Shown here in pieces: positions 5,852-15,583 of a stretch of 64,000 nt of DNA. This DNA comes from Clostridiaceae bacterium. Its GTDB lineage: Bacteria > Bacillota > Clostridia > Oscillospirales > QAMX01. The DNA lies in contig JAYFRF010000001.1 of NCBI GenBank assembly GCA_034926225.1, positions 165,962-229,961 on the forward strand, written 5' to 3'. Numbering within the stretch: position 1 is the stretch's first letter; each line of letters starts with the position of its first letter. The notes beneath the pieces were generated by a model. It saw nothing but the letters and a program-made list of their open reading frames with translations. It did not search any database and was not told where the DNA came from. A program made the translations under genes and the position numbers.

Positions 5852-7583
5852 GGGGAGATAAGGTGACGAAAATCTGACCGTCCGTTGGGTTGAATACGGC
5901 GTCCGTCCATAATTCGTGCATCGGTTTTACTGACGAAAACGTAAAGGTTTCGGATGACTCACCGAAGTTGATGACGATGTACCGTCTCCCCTGCTTCCAG
6001 ATACAGGGATAGTCGCGAACAAACTGATCCAGCGGGACGGCGCTGTCCTCGGAGCGCAGAGACAGGGCCTTTTCGATGATCGAACGGCCTTCGCTGTTTA
6101 AAACAGCGAGTCGGTCGGACAGATTCATGTTGCCGCCGGTCAGGAGAACAACCGCCGCCCAGGAACGAGCCTCCGCGAGGGTGAAGTCCTCTCCCGAACG
6201 CCAGCGGCTGTGATTGGGAGTGTAGCGAGCAGGGTCGATGGTATTGCGCTGCGGGTCGGTATCCGTATTCTGCCCACGTACGACGAGGAAATCGATATCA
6301 TTAACCCAGATACGGCGGTGCTCGCCCCAGTGATGCTGGTAGCATTCCATCGCCCAAAGAACATGGTTCCAGGTGATGTGGATATCGATGCCGGTACGTC
6401 CTGCGTCCGCATCCGGGGACGCCGCTTCAACCGGTAACGAGCAGCCAATGATGACGCTGTCGTGTACGCATTCGCGGATAAGCGAGAATAACCGACGCAG
6501 AGCTTCGTACTGAGAGACGGTTTTATCGTAAAAATATTTGACATGGCGTAAGCAACCGACGTAATCGACCTTATAGAGCCGGAAACCGGCGTCATAGAGC
6601 CTAGTATAAAGCGAACGGATAAAGTCGACGGTATCCGGATGGGTCGGGTCGAGGACATACATGCCGTCCTCCGTGACAGGATTGCTGTATTCGTCGCGCA
6701 GATAGCCCGTCATACGGCGCTGTGCGTAGGAGCAGAGCGTCCAGACGTGCAGAGGGGCTGACCAGATACCGGGAATTAAGCCGTGGGCGCGGATCGTGTC
6801 GGCGGCGGCCTGTAAGCCGTGAGGGAAACGGAAATTCGGGTACCAGTCACCTTGAATGGCCTGCCACCCGTCGTCTAAAGTGAAATAACGAAGATTATCG
6901 CGATATGCCGGCACTTGATCGATAACCGACAGGTTTTCCTCCATGCAGGCTTCGTCAATATCGGTAAAATAGTAATCCCAGGTGTTATAGCCGACGATAC
7001 TTTTTTGGTAATGCCAGAGTTGGGGCAGGAGGGTAAAGTATTCGTCTAACGCGGGGGCGAGCCGGCCGCACGCGAAGTACAGCTCCGCCGACTCGAAGGT
7101 ATCCGACGTAAATGAACGCGGCGGTGTAACAGAGAGAGAGACTTCCGCAACACCGCTGTGACTGCGGATATGGAAGGCTTCGTCAAAACACAAAGGATAA
7201 ATGGAACGCGCCATAAAGCCTTCGCCGTCTTTGTATAGATAAACGGCTGGTGCGGTGATGTCAAACGTATCGGAAAGTGTATGGAAACCGGACTCGATGC
7301 CTTTGGAACGAACGGCATGCGCTCCATCCGGATATGCTACAGCGGCGATGAGGGGTGAAAAAGCGTCGAGTGTGCAGGGCGCGGCAAAATGGATGGTCAG
7401 CCGCGCCGTGTAGCCGAACGGCATAGCGCGCAGCTTCCACTGTGCATAAATGCCGTCATGCGCGTAGGTATATGCGCCGTCGATAAAGGGCAGTTCGGCG
7501 ATGGAGACGATGCTGGCCTTCCCGTCGATGGTGAAGGAGAAACGCGGAAACCCGAGAAAATCAGGCAGTTTTATCTGTGGCAT
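5820..7583 (-). CDS. Alpha-galactosidase-like glycoside hydrolase (clan GH-D, GH36/GH27-like)
   Basis: 587 aa with a GGAGGGG SD. It has the FTLDDGWQ motif and the YKVDY (KxD) motif characteristic of melibiase-type enzymes. Confidence 0.7.
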   Translation of the reverse strand: MPQIKLPDFLGFPRFSFTIDGKASIVSIAELPFIDGAYTYAHDGIYAQWKLRAMPFGYTARLTIHFAAPCTLDAFSPLIAAVAYPDGAHAVRSKGIESGFHTLSDTFDITAPAVYLYKDGEGFMARSIYPLCFDEAFHIRSHSGVAEVSLSVTPPRSFTSDTFESAELYFACGRLAPALDEYFTLLPQLWHYQKSIVGYNTWDYYFTDIDEACMEENLSVIDQVPAYRDNLRYFTLDDGWQAIQGDWYPNFRFPHGLQAAADTIRAHGLIPGIWSAPLHVWTLCSYAQRRMTGYLRDEYSNPVTEDGMYVLDPTHPDTVDFIRSLYTRLYDAGFRLYKVDYVGCLRHVKYFYDKTVSQYEALRRLFSLIRECVHDSVIIGCSLPVEAASPDADAGRTGIDIHITWNHVLWAMECYQHHWGEHRRIWVNDIDFLVVRGQNTDTDPQRNTIDPARYTPNHSRWRSGEDFTLAEARSWAAVVLLTGGNMNLSDRLAVLNSEGRSIIEKALSLRSEDSAVPLDQFVRDYPCIWKQGRRYIVINFGESSETFTFSSVKPMHELWTDAVFNPTDGQIFVTLSPHESAVFYEHA

Positions 7584-7664
7584 AGGAGACCCCTCCGATC
7601 ATTTTGTATTTGTATTATACCCCGTTTTCGGCGGTTTGTCCAGTATAGCAACGATGAGTTTTGA

Positions 7665-7693
7665 TTGACAAACAGGATGTTATCTGCGATAAT
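7665..7693 (+). promoter_or_regulatory. Sigma-A-type promoter for the GH95 operon
   Basis: TTGACA (7665-7670), 17-nt spacer, GATAAT (7688-7693) with TGCG upstream. It is followed by a leader of about 100 nt. Confidence 0.5.
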
Positions 7694-7802
7694 CATGTTA
7701 GCGAGAGCCGTTCGCGGCTGTGTTTTATACGGCAATCCCTGCTGCATACATATGCGGAGATTGCGGATTCAACGCACAAACTCGATAAAGGAAGGTATGT
7801 AT

Positions 7803-10058
7803 ATGAACGCATCCCATGAACTATACTACACCTGCCCGGCGGCGGACTGGAACGCCGCTTTGCCGCTCGGAAACGGGCGCTTGGGCGCGATGGTTTACGG
7901 CGGGGTCGAACGGGAGAGAGTATCCTTAAACGAGGATACGCTCTGGACGGGCTATCCGACCTTTTACGAGCAGCCGGAAGCGCTAGCCGCTTTCAATAAA
8001 GCGCGAGAGCTGACGAAAAAGGGCGAATATGTCGCGGCGCAGATACTGCTGGAGGATAAGCTCACTTCAAAACCGACGCAGATGTATTTGCCGCTTGGCG
8101 ATCTGGAGCTGGATTTCGGGTCGGCAGGCGATATGGCTGCTTATCGACGTACACTGGATTTACGGAATGCCGCCCATACGGTGGAGTACAGCGCAAACGG
8201 CGTAACCTATACAAGGGAAACGATCATTTCCGAGCCGGCGCAGGTGCTTGCCATGCGAATTACAGCTTCGGAACCCGGAAAGGTCGCTTTTACTGCACGG
8301 CTTGTGTCGCAGCTTCGGACGACGGCAACCTCCTGCGGCGAACGGATCACAATGGAGGGAATTTGTCCGTCTACCCAGATCGAACGCGGCGAAAATCAGG
8401 GCGCGGCGGTGCAGATTTATGATGCATTGCATCCGGGCATCCGATTTGCGGCGCAGGTGGGTATTGTCACAGACGGCGAAGTCAAGACGGAAAGGGATGC
8501 CGTTACCGTAAGCGGAGCGAATGCGGCAACGCTGTACCTTGCGGTGCGGACGTCTTTTAACGGCTGGCAAAAAGATCCGACGACGGACGGACGTGCCTAT
8601 CTGGAGCCATGCATAGCCGATATCGACGCCGCGATTGCCACGGGATACGATGCGATCTTTGCGGCGCACGTCGCGGATTACCGGGCGCTGTACGATCGGA
8701 CGGAGCTTTCGCTGCCGGAGAGTGAAAGCAGCGGGCTTGCGACGGATGAGCGGCTTGATGCGCATGAAAACGGCGCGGAAGATCAGGCATTATATGCGCT
8801 GCTGTTCCATTACGGCCGTTACTTAACCATTGCCGCCTCTCGCACCGGAACTCAGCCGACGAATTTGCAGGGTATCTGGAATCATCGCCTGATGCCGCCC
8901 TGGAACTCAAACTATACGATCAACATCAACACGGAGATGAATTATTGGCCGACGCTTATGACGAACCTTTCGGAATGCTATGAGCCGCTGCTGAAGATGA
9001 TCGGTGATATCCGGGTAAACGGTGCAAGGACGGCAAAGACCTATTACGGTGCACGGGGATTTTGCTCGCATCACAATACGGATCTTTGGCGGCTGACGAC
9101 GCCGGTCGGTAATGGTCAGAGGGAGTGCGCGGTATGGTCGTTCTGGCCGCTGTCGGCGGGCTGGTTTATGCGGCATCTATATGAATACTGGGAGTATACT
9201 CAGGACGAGTGCTTCCTGCGGGATACGCTTTTACCGACGCTCAAGGAATGCGCGGAGTTCTATCTTGATATGCTGGATGAGGACAGCGGCGGAATGCTTG
9301 TCTTTCGTCCGTCCACGTCGCCGGAGAACCACTTTGTTCTGCCGGACGGCACGCGCTGTCCGGTGGCGGATCATACGGCGATGACGCAGGCGATTGTGCG
9401 GGATGTGTTCCGCATGACGCTGGACGCGGCGGATAAAACGGGTGCATGCGACTGGACTATCGATAGCATCCGGGAAGCGCTGCCGCGTGTACGCGGGTAT
9501 GAGGGTAACTCGACCGGTTCCCTCAAGGAGTGGAACGAGGACTTTCAGCAAAACGAGCCGCATCACCGGCATCTGTCGCATCTGTACGGACTACATCCCG
9601 GACGGGAACTTGCCTATGGAACGCCCATGGCAGAAGCGGCAAAGCAAAGCCTGATCGAGCGCGGCGACGAAGGTACGGGCTGGTCACTTGGCTGGAAGGT
9701 AAACATGTGGGCGCGGCTTCGTGACGGAGACCACGCATTGAAACTGATTGACATGCAGCTGCGCACTTGCCCGAGCGACGCGGGATATCCGACGCCGGGC
9801 GGTTCGTATCCGAACCTTTTAGACGCGCATCCGCCGTTCCAGATCGACGGTAACTTCGGCGTCTGCGCCGGCATCGCGGAGATGCTTTTGCAGGGCGACA
9901 CGCAGAGTCCCCTATTTCTGCCGGCACTCCCCTCCTCCTGGAAGAAAGGAACCGTAAGAGGGCTTCGCATCCGAGGGGGTAAAACCGTCGATCTTGCATG
10001 GGAAGACGGGAAAATACAATCTGCGGTGATCCGCGAGTCAGGAGATTGTGACATATGA
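7803..10058 (+). CDS. Alpha-L-fucosidase, glycoside hydrolase family 95
   Basis: The N-terminus (..[30 protein letters not shown]) and overall length are typical of GH95. AAGGAAGG SD precedes the ATGs at 7797 and 7803. The longer ORF from 7665 is an upstream extension. Confidence 0.85.
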   Translation: MNASHELYYTCPAADWNAALPLGNGRLGAMVYGGVERERVSLNEDTLWTGYPTFYEQPEALAAFNKARELTKKGEYVAAQILLEDKLTSKPTQMYLPLGDLELDFGSAGDMAAYRRTLDLRNAAHTVEYSANGVTYTRETIISEPAQVLAMRITASEPGKVAFTARLVSQLRTTATSCGERITMEGICPSTQIERGENQGAAVQIYDALHPGIRFAAQVGIVTDGEVKTERDAVTVSGANAATLYLAVRTSFNGWQKDPTTDGRAYLEPCIADIDAAIATGYDAIFAAHVADYRALYDRTELSLPESESSGLATDERLDAHENGAEDQALYALLFHYGRYLTIAASRTGTQPTNLQGIWNHRLMPPWNSNYTININTEMNYWPTLMTNLSECYEPLLKMIGDIRVNGARTAKTYYGARGFCSHHNTDLWRLTTPVGNGQRECAVWSFWPLSAGWFMRHLYEYWEYTQDECFLRDTLLPTLKECAEFYLDMLDEDSGGMLVFRPSTSPENHFVLPDGTRCPVADHTAMTQAIVRDVFRMTLDAADKTGACDWTIDSIREALPRVRGYEGNSTGSLKEWNEDFQQNEPHHRHLSHLYGLHPGRELAYGTPMAEAAKQSLIERGDEGTGWSLGWKVNMWARLRDGDHALKLIDMQLRTCPSDAGYPTPGGSYPNLLDAHPPFQIDGNFGVCAGIAEMLLQGDTQSPLFLPALPSSWKKGTVRGLRIRGGKTVDLAWEDGKIQSAVIRESGDCDI

Positions 10059-10951
10059 AGATACTGCCGAAAATCGATATCCATGTCCATGTGATTCCGG
10101 AGCCGTTTTTACGCGCTCCGAACGGACACACTTATCCGACGCCGCAGGAGCTGCGCGTGATGTATGATAAGGTTGGCATAGAAAAGGGCGTACAGCTGCC
10201 GGACGGTATTTATTCCTTCGGCGCGATGGATATTTGCTCCCCGCGTGAGGCGCGCAACCTTGTGCGGGATTACCCGGAAACCTTGGGCTGGTGGTTTACC
10301 GGCGTCACGCCGACGATGGGGCACAATACGCCGGATACCGATCTGTCCGTCTATTTAAAACAGTATAAGGCCCTGGGTGCGCGCGGCGTCGGCGAAATTT
10401 CGGAGAACCGTTATTTCGACGACCCGCTGATGCTGAATCTGTTCCGGCATTGCGAGGCCTGCAGCATGCCGGTCATCTTTCACATCGGCAACATGGGCGG
10501 CGATTATGGTATCGTGGACGAGCCCGGCCTTCCTCGTTTTGAGAAGGCGCTTGGGATGTTCCCGAAGCTGAAATTCTTAGGGCATTCGCAAAAATTCTGG
10601 GCGGAGATCTCCGCCGATGAGAACACGGATCGCAACGGGTATCCGAAGGGAAAGGTAACCCCCGGCAGGCTTGTCGAACTGTTCCGCCGGTATCCGAACC
10701 TTTGCGGCGATTTGTCGGCGGGTTCGGGGTATAACGCGCTCGCGCGTGACCCGGAGTTCGCGTATACCTTCCTTGAGGAGTTTGCGGACAGATTATACTT
10801 CGGTACGGACATCTGTTCCCCGACAGATATCGATTCCGATATGTTGAAGCTGTCGAAGTTTTTGGATGACGCGATGCTCGCGGGCAAGATTTCCTACGCG
10901 GTCTATGAAAAGGTATCGCGCGGGAACGCGCTTGATCTTTTGGAGCGATAA
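10055..10951 (+). CDS. Amidohydrolase-2 (metal-dependent TIM-barrel hydrolase) family protein
   Basis: [11 protein letters not shown]-terminal metal-binding motif. The ATG overlaps the GH95 stop (ATGA at 10055-10058), suggesting translational coupling. Confidence 0.75.
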   Translation: MKILPKIDIHVHVIPEPFLRAPNGHTYPTPQELRVMYDKVGIEKGVQLPDGIYSFGAMDICSPREARNLVRDYPETLGWWFTGVTPTMGHNTPDTDLSVYLKQYKALGARGVGEISENRYFDDPLMLNLFRHCEACSMPVIFHIGNMGGDYGIVDEPGLPRFEKALGMFPKLKFLGHSQKFWAEISADENTDRNGYPKGKVTPGRLVELFRRYPNLCGDLSAGSGYNALARDPEFAYTFLEEFADRLYFGTDICSPTDIDSDMLKLSKFLDDAMLAGKISYAVYEKVSRGNALDLLER

Positions 10952-11049
10952 AGCGCACAAAATGACGCGATATTGCATTGACATTCGAAGTGGGTAGGGG
11001 TATACTACTATTATTCCCGTATTTTATCCATTTAAGGAGACTTTTCGAT

Positions 11050-11814
11050 ATGGTTAAGGCAATGAAAAAAGACAAGCTCATGGTTGAAATCTACGAAACA
11101 CGTACCGCGATGGGCGCTGCCGCCGCTGAACAGGCTTCCAAAAAGTTAAAGAGCCTGCTCGCCGAGAAAGCAGAGATTAACTGCATGTTCGCTGCCGCGC
11201 CGTCGCAGAACGAGTTCCTCGCTTCCCTGATTGCTGATCCCGACATCGATTGGACGCGCGTCAATGCGTTCCATATGGACGAGTATATCGGTCTCGACGC
11301 TGCGGCGCCGCAGGGCTTTGGCAACTTCCTCCGCGACCGCATCTTTGGCAAGGTGCCCTTCAAGAGCGTCAGCTACTTGAACGGCAACGCCGCCGATCCT
11401 CAAGCCGAGGCAAAGCGGTATAGCGCTCTCCTCGCTGACCGTCCGCTGGACGTTTGCTTCATGGGTATCGGCGAAAACGGCCATATCGCATTTAACGATC
11501 CGCCTGTCGCGAACTTCAAGGATACCGTGCTTGTGAAGGTCGTCGAGCTTGACCAGCGCTGCCGTCAGCAGCAGGTCAACGACGGTTGCTTCGACTGCAT
11601 CTGCAAGGTGCCGACGCATGCCCTAAGCGTCACCTGCCCCGGGCTGATGTCCGCGAAAACGGTGTTCTGTATGGTGCCGGCTTCCACAAAGGCGGAGGCT
11701 GTCCAGCGTACCCTTACCTGGGAGATCAGCGAGAAATGCCCGGCGACGATTCTGCGCACGCATGACGACGCGAAGCTCTACATCGATATGGATTCCGGCA
11801 AGTTTGTTCTGTAA
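11050..11814 (+). CDS. Glucosamine-6-phosphate deaminase/isomerase (NagB) family protein
   Basis: TAAGGAGA SD before the ATG at 11050. Motifs are AAAPSQ, FHMDEY and GIGENGHIAFNDP. Confidence 0.8.
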   Translation: MVKAMKKDKLMVEIYETRTAMGAAAAEQASKKLKSLLAEKAEINCMFAAAPSQNEFLASLIADPDIDWTRVNAFHMDEYIGLDAAAPQGFGNFLRDRIFGKVPFKSVSYLNGNAADPQAEAKRYSALLADRPLDVCFMGIGENGHIAFNDPPVANFKDTVLVKVVELDQRCRQQQVNDGCFDCICKVPTHALSVTCPGLMSAKTVFCMVPASTKAEAVQRTLTWEISEKCPATILRTHDDAKLYIDMDSGKFVL

Positions 11815-11834
11815 GTTAATAAGCTAACCTAATA

Positions 11835-11866
11835 GACGGACGGTGGCATGATTGCTTCCGTCCGTC
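11835..11866. terminator. Bidirectional stem-loop between convergent genes
   Basis: GACGGACGG / CCGTCCGTC 9-bp stem between the nagB-like gene and zupT. Confidence 0.55.
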
Positions 11867-11883
11867 CGGTGTTATATAAGGTG

Positions 11884-12687
11884 TTACATAAAGAGGTAAA
11901 GACTCAATGCCATAACTGCCATGCCAGTGATCAGGCCATAGATGGCGGTATGTTCCTCGCCGTACTCATGCGCGAGAGGCAACAGCTCATCAAAGGAGAT
12001 AAAGACCATGATACCGCCTACCATTGCGTAGATGATACCGAGAAGGGCATCGGTCATGAAGGGGCGAAGAATGAGATATGCAATGAGCCCACCGACAGGC
12101 TCGGCAAGGCCGGAGATGAAAGCCCAACGGAAGGCGTGACGGCGTTTTCCCGTCGCCTTATAGATTGGTGCGGCGACGGCAATGCCCTCGGGGATATTGT
12201 GAATTGCGATGGCCAAGGCAATGGGGATACCGAGGGAGAGGTCAGACGCTGAGGTGGAGAAAGTCGCCATACCTTCGGGAAAGTTGTGGATAGCGATGGC
12301 GATAGCGGTCAGGATACCGGAACGCATGAGCTTATGTTTAAAATTTGCCTCATCGGAGGTATTGACATGGGATAATTCGTGCGGGTTTGTGGAGTCCGGA
12401 ACGAGACGATCGATCAGACCGATCAAGAGCATACCGCCGAAGAAAGCGATCGCAGTAAAGGCGGTGCCGGGTTTGGTATCGAATGCCGAAGTGAGCAGGC
12501 AGCGCGCTTCCGTCATCATTTCGGTCATGGATATATATACCATAACACCGGCGGAAAAACCGAGGGAAAGGGATAAAAAACGCGGGTTTATGTCCTTTTT
12601 AATTAAGACAAATAACCCGCCGATACCGGTGCTTAAGCCCGCAAAGGTTGTTAACAGCAGTGCCGTCCAGAAGGCATGGAAGTCCAT
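11884..12687 (-). CDS. zupT: ZIP-family zinc transporter ZupT
   Basis: 267-aa polytopic membrane protein with the IAIAIHNFPEG and LAIAIHNIPEG ZIP signature repeats. Confidence 0.9.
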   Translation of the reverse strand: MDFHAFWTALLLTTFAGLSTGIGGLFVLIKKDINPRFLSLSLGFSAGVMVYISMTEMMTEARCLLTSAFDTKPGTAFTAIAFFGGMLLIGLIDRLVPDSTNPHELSHVNTSDEANFKHKLMRSGILTAIAIAIHNFPEGMATFSTSASDLSLGIPIALAIAIHNIPEGIAVAAPIYKATGKRRHAFRWAFISGLAEPVGGLIAYLILRPFMTDALLGIIYAMVGGIMVFISFDELLPLAHEYGEEHTAIYGLITGMAVMALSLYLFM

Positions 12688-12728
12688 GAAGTTCCGCTCC
12701 TTTTTGTAAGTTAGCCAAGACTAATTGC

Positions 12729-12757
12729 AGAATATCATACTGGGAGTATTTTGTCAA
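12729..12757 (-). promoter_or_regulatory. Candidate promoter of zupT
   Basis: Minus strand: TTGACA, 17-nt spacer, TATTCT. It lies about 40 nt upstream of the ATG. Confidence 0.45.
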
Positions 12758-12867
12758 TAGACATCGGGAAAGATAGTTCCTGACGAAAAAGGAGAGACTG
12801 TTGCAGAATGCACAAATAGTCCATAGTTTCATCTTGCAAGATATCTGTTTTTCGGCTAGCATTGTGC

Positions 12868-12896
12868 TTGCAGTTTTCAAAGTTTGGTAGTATGAT
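12868..12896 (+). promoter_or_regulatory. Candidate promoter of the mrp operon
   Basis: TTGCAG, 17-nt spacer, TATGAT, followed by a GAGGAGGGG SD. Confidence 0.4.
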
Positions 12897-12923
12897 AGAT
12901 AAGCCAGAGGAGGGGTATGAATT

Positions 12924-13388
12924 GTGTTTTTGACGTTTTTTATTGCCTGGATTATATTAAACGAGCGAATTACGCCGGAAATTGCTATTTTTGGGGTACT
13001 TATCGCAGGACTTTTATATGTATTTTGTCTGCGTTTTTTAAAACTCAGTTTTCGTCAGGATTTACACATGTGTACACATGCATACCTGGGTGTGGCGTAT
13101 GTGGGTCTTCTGCTGTGGGAGATTCTATGCGCGAATCTGGCTGTACTCAAGTGCATTCTGTCAAGGGACTTTCAACCGACGCCGGTCATCGTAACGATAC
13201 GTCCGAAGCTGCGGAAGAAGTTTACGCGCGTTCTGTATGCCAACAGTATCACACTGACGCCGGGGACGATTACCGTCTCGTTAGAGGACGGGGTGTACCG
13301 CGTACATTGTCTGGACGAAGCGTTTTCACATGGAATGGAGGATACGCTGATGGTTCGGCTGCTGCAAAGGATGGAGGGACGGGCATGA
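12924..13388 (+). CDS. mrpE: Na+/H+ antiporter subunit E (MrpE/MnhE)
   Basis: GTG start 8 nt after the GGAGGGG SD. 154 aa with MnhE-like N-terminal TM helices. First gene of a tightly overlapping operon. Confidence 0.8.
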   Translation: MFLTFFIAWIILNERITPEIAIFGVLIAGLLYVFCLRFLKLSFRQDLHMCTHAYLGVAYVGLLLWEILCANLAVLKCILSRDFQPTPVIVTIRPKLRKKFTRVLYANSITLTPGTITVSLEDGVYRVHCLDEAFSHGMEDTLMVRLLQRMEGRA

Positions 13389-13705
13389 GTATAGAGCAGG
13401 CGTATAGCGCGCTCTTTACGGGAGTACTGATAGTGCTTGCCGCGACAGGTATCCTTTGTCTGATCCGTGCGGTGATTGGCCCGCGCATCGCAGACCGTAT
13501 CGTCAGTGTTAACATGATCGGCACGCAGATCATCGTGGCGATAGCGATTTTGGCGATTTTGCTGCGGGAGTCTTGGCTGGCGGATGTATGTATCATCTAT
13601 GCAATGCTGAGCTTTGTCAGCGTAATCGTATTAACGAAGGTTTACATGGGCGTTCATGCCGAACATGAGCGCAAAAAGCAGCAGGATAAGGAGGGAACGC
13701 TGTGA
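13385..13705 (+). CDS. mrpF: Antiporter subunit F (MrpF/MnhF)
   Basis: The ATG overlaps the mrpE stop (ATGA). The product (GPRIADRIVSVNMIGT..) is a typical three-TM MrpF. Only the C-terminal third of track ORF 12917..13705 is real. Confidence 0.8.
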   Translation: MSIEQAYSALFTGVLIVLAATGILCLIRAVIGPRIADRIVSVNMIGTQIIVAIAILAILLRESWLADVCIIYAMLSFVSVIVLTKVYMGVHAEHERKKQQDKEGTL

Positions 13706-14040
13706 GCGATTGGATTCGATTTTGGATTTCCGCTTTTTTCTGTATCGCGGGAGTTCTTGTCATCATCATCTCGACCTTTGGTGTGTACCGCTTCCGGTAT
13801 GTGTTGAATCGAATGCATATCGCGGCGCTGGGGGATACCTTAGGGATCTCGTTTATCCTTCTGGGCCTTGTGATTGCAAAAGGGTTCTCCCCTGTCTCTT
13901 ATAAACTGCTCTTAGTCATCCTGTTTTTTTGGATTGCGTCGCCTGTCGCGGGGCACCTCATTGCGCGCTTGGAAACGACGACTAATGAGAAGCTTACCGA
14001 GCATGTAAAGGTAAAGGAGGATCGGGATGGAAGTCTTTAA
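13702..14040 (+). CDS. mrpG: Antiporter subunit G (MrpG/MnhG)
   Basis: GTG overlapping the mrpF stop. FGVYRFRYVLNRMHIAALGDTLG is the MnhG signature region. Confidence 0.8.
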   Translation: MSDWIRFWISAFFCIAGVLVIIISTFGVYRFRYVLNRMHIAALGDTLGISFILLGLVIAKGFSPVSYKLLLVILFFWIASPVAGHLIARLETTTNEKLTEHVKVKEDRDGSL

Positions 14041-14293
14041 AATTGTCCTTCTGTGCTTCCTCGTAATCTGTGCCATATCGGTGAGCCTGTCGAAAAGTCT
14101 CTTAACATCGATCATCATTTTCATGTCCTACAGCACAGTCATGGCAGTGATATGGGTCATTTTGCGTTCCCCCGACCTTGCGATCACAGAAGCCGCAGTC
14201 GGTGTAGGGGTGACGAGCATTTTGTTCTTTTTAACGCTTAAAAAGATTCATCTGCTCGACGAAAGCGGAGGTAAAGATGAAGATCAACATTAA
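14027..14293 (+). CDS. MbhD-like / MrpB N-terminal-domain membrane protein
   Basis: 88 aa with three TM helices. Contains SPDLAITEAAVG, typical of the MbhD/MnhB-N family. Overlaps its neighbours. Confidence 0.7.
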   Translation: MEVFKIVLLCFLVICAISVSLSKSLLTSIIIFMSYSTVMAVIWVILRSPDLAITEAAVGVGVTSILFFLTLKKIHLLDESGGKDEDQH

Positions 14294-15164
14294 CCGTCTC
14301 CGCTCCTGGATCGAAGGGGAGAATACGGATCGTGAGTATTCCTATATCATACCGGAACAAGGCATAAAAGCCGCGAATACGGAAGTACAAGATCCGAAAA
14401 AGTATGAAAATGCTTTCGAAATCCGCGCGTTTCAGAAAGTATATAATGTTTTCTCAGTGATATTTTGCCTGACGCTGATACTCATCCTGCTGATTACGAT
14501 TTCGTATCTGCCTCGTCTCGGAGAAGCGGATAATCCGGCGAATAACGAGGTGGAGCAGCGGTATATCGAAGCGGGGTTAGAAGAAACGGGTGCGGTTAAT
14601 ATCGTCGCGGGGATGATCCTTGACTACCGTGCGTTTGATACCTTTGGCGAGTCCTGCGTATTATTTACGGCGGTCTCCTGTGTGTTTATCCTGCTGAAGA
14701 AGAAGCCGACGGATGCGGAACGGGAAAATGATCGTATCTATGAGCCAAAAAACGACGCGATTTTACAGTCTGGAGCGACGATTGTTGTGCCGATTGGAAT
14801 ACTGTTCGGCGTATATGTGATATTGAACGGGCACTTGAGCGCGGGCGGCGGTTTTTCAGGCGGCGCGGTGCTGGGGGCATGTTTAGTGCTGTATCTGCTT
14901 GCCTTCGGCTTTGAACGGACGGAGCGTTTCTTTACCGAACGTACCTTCAAGTTCATCACGGTAATACCGCTGACGTTCTACTGCCTGGCGAAAAGTTATT
15001 CCTTCTATACGGGCGCGAATCATCTTGAAAGCTATATCCCACTCGGTACGCCGGGCGCTATTCTGTCGTCAGGGCTGATTCTGCCGCTGAATATCTGCGT
15101 CGGCATGGTCGTCACCTGTACGATGTACGCCTTCTACTGCATGTTCCGTAAGGGCAGCTTTTAA
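14277..15164 (+). CDS. mrpB: Antiporter subunit B (MrpB/MnhB domain)
   Basis: The ETGAVNIVAGMILDYRAFDTFGE motif is characteristic of MnhB. GGAGG SD. Confidence 0.8.
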   Translation: MKININRLRSWIEGENTDREYSYIIPEQGIKAANTEVQDPKKYENAFEIRAFQKVYNVFSVIFCLTLILILLITISYLPRLGEADNPANNEVEQRYIEAGLEETGAVNIVAGMILDYRAFDTFGESCVLFTAVSCVFILLKKKPTDAERENDRIYEPKNDAILQSGATIVVPIGILFGVYVILNGHLSAGGGFSGGAVLGACLVLYLLAFGFERTERFFTERTFKFITVIPLTFYCLAKSYSFYTGANHLESYIPLGTPGAILSSGLILPLNICVGMVVTCTMYAFYCMFRKGSF

Positions 15165-15187
15165 GCGCCTTAGGAGGGAAAAAAACG

Positions 15188-15562
15188 ATGTTTGGAACCA
15201 ATCTGCTGGCCAATTTTGAGGAAGTAGTCGCGATTATCCTGTTTGGTATCGGCTTCTCAACATTACTGCTGCATCGAAACCTTATCAAGAAGATCATCGG
15301 CATGAATATCATGGACACAGCGGTCTACCTCTTTCTAGCGTCGATGGGATACATCGAAGGACGTCTCTCACCGATTCTGCAAAATGGGCTTAGCGGCGAG
15401 GAATACTATGTCAATCCGATTCCGTCGGGCCTTGTGCTGACCGGTATCGTCGTCTCCGTCAGCGTGACCGCGATGATGCTTGCGCTGACGATACGGCTCT
15501 ATCAGCGGTATCATACGCTGAATCTGGACGAAATCTACATGTTCGCACAGCGTGAAAAATAA
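15188..15562 (+). CDS. mrpC: Antiporter subunit C (MrpC/NuoK-like)
   Basis: 124 aa with three TM helices, NuoK/MnhC-like (IIGMNIMDTAV..). Confidence 0.8.
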   Translation: MFGTNLLANFEEVVAIILFGIGFSTLLLHRNLIKKIIGMNIMDTAVYLFLASMGYIEGRLSPILQNGLSGEEYYVNPIPSGLVLTGIVVSVSVTAMMLALTIRLYQRYHTLNLDEIYMFAQREK

Positions 15563-15583
15563 GATCGGGGAGGAAAAGAAAAC

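Noticed and set aside
12917-13384. The first 156 codons of track ORF 12917..13705
   Set aside because: This is an alternative frame over mrpE with no membrane-protein character. Only the part from the ATG at 13385 (MrpF) is credible.
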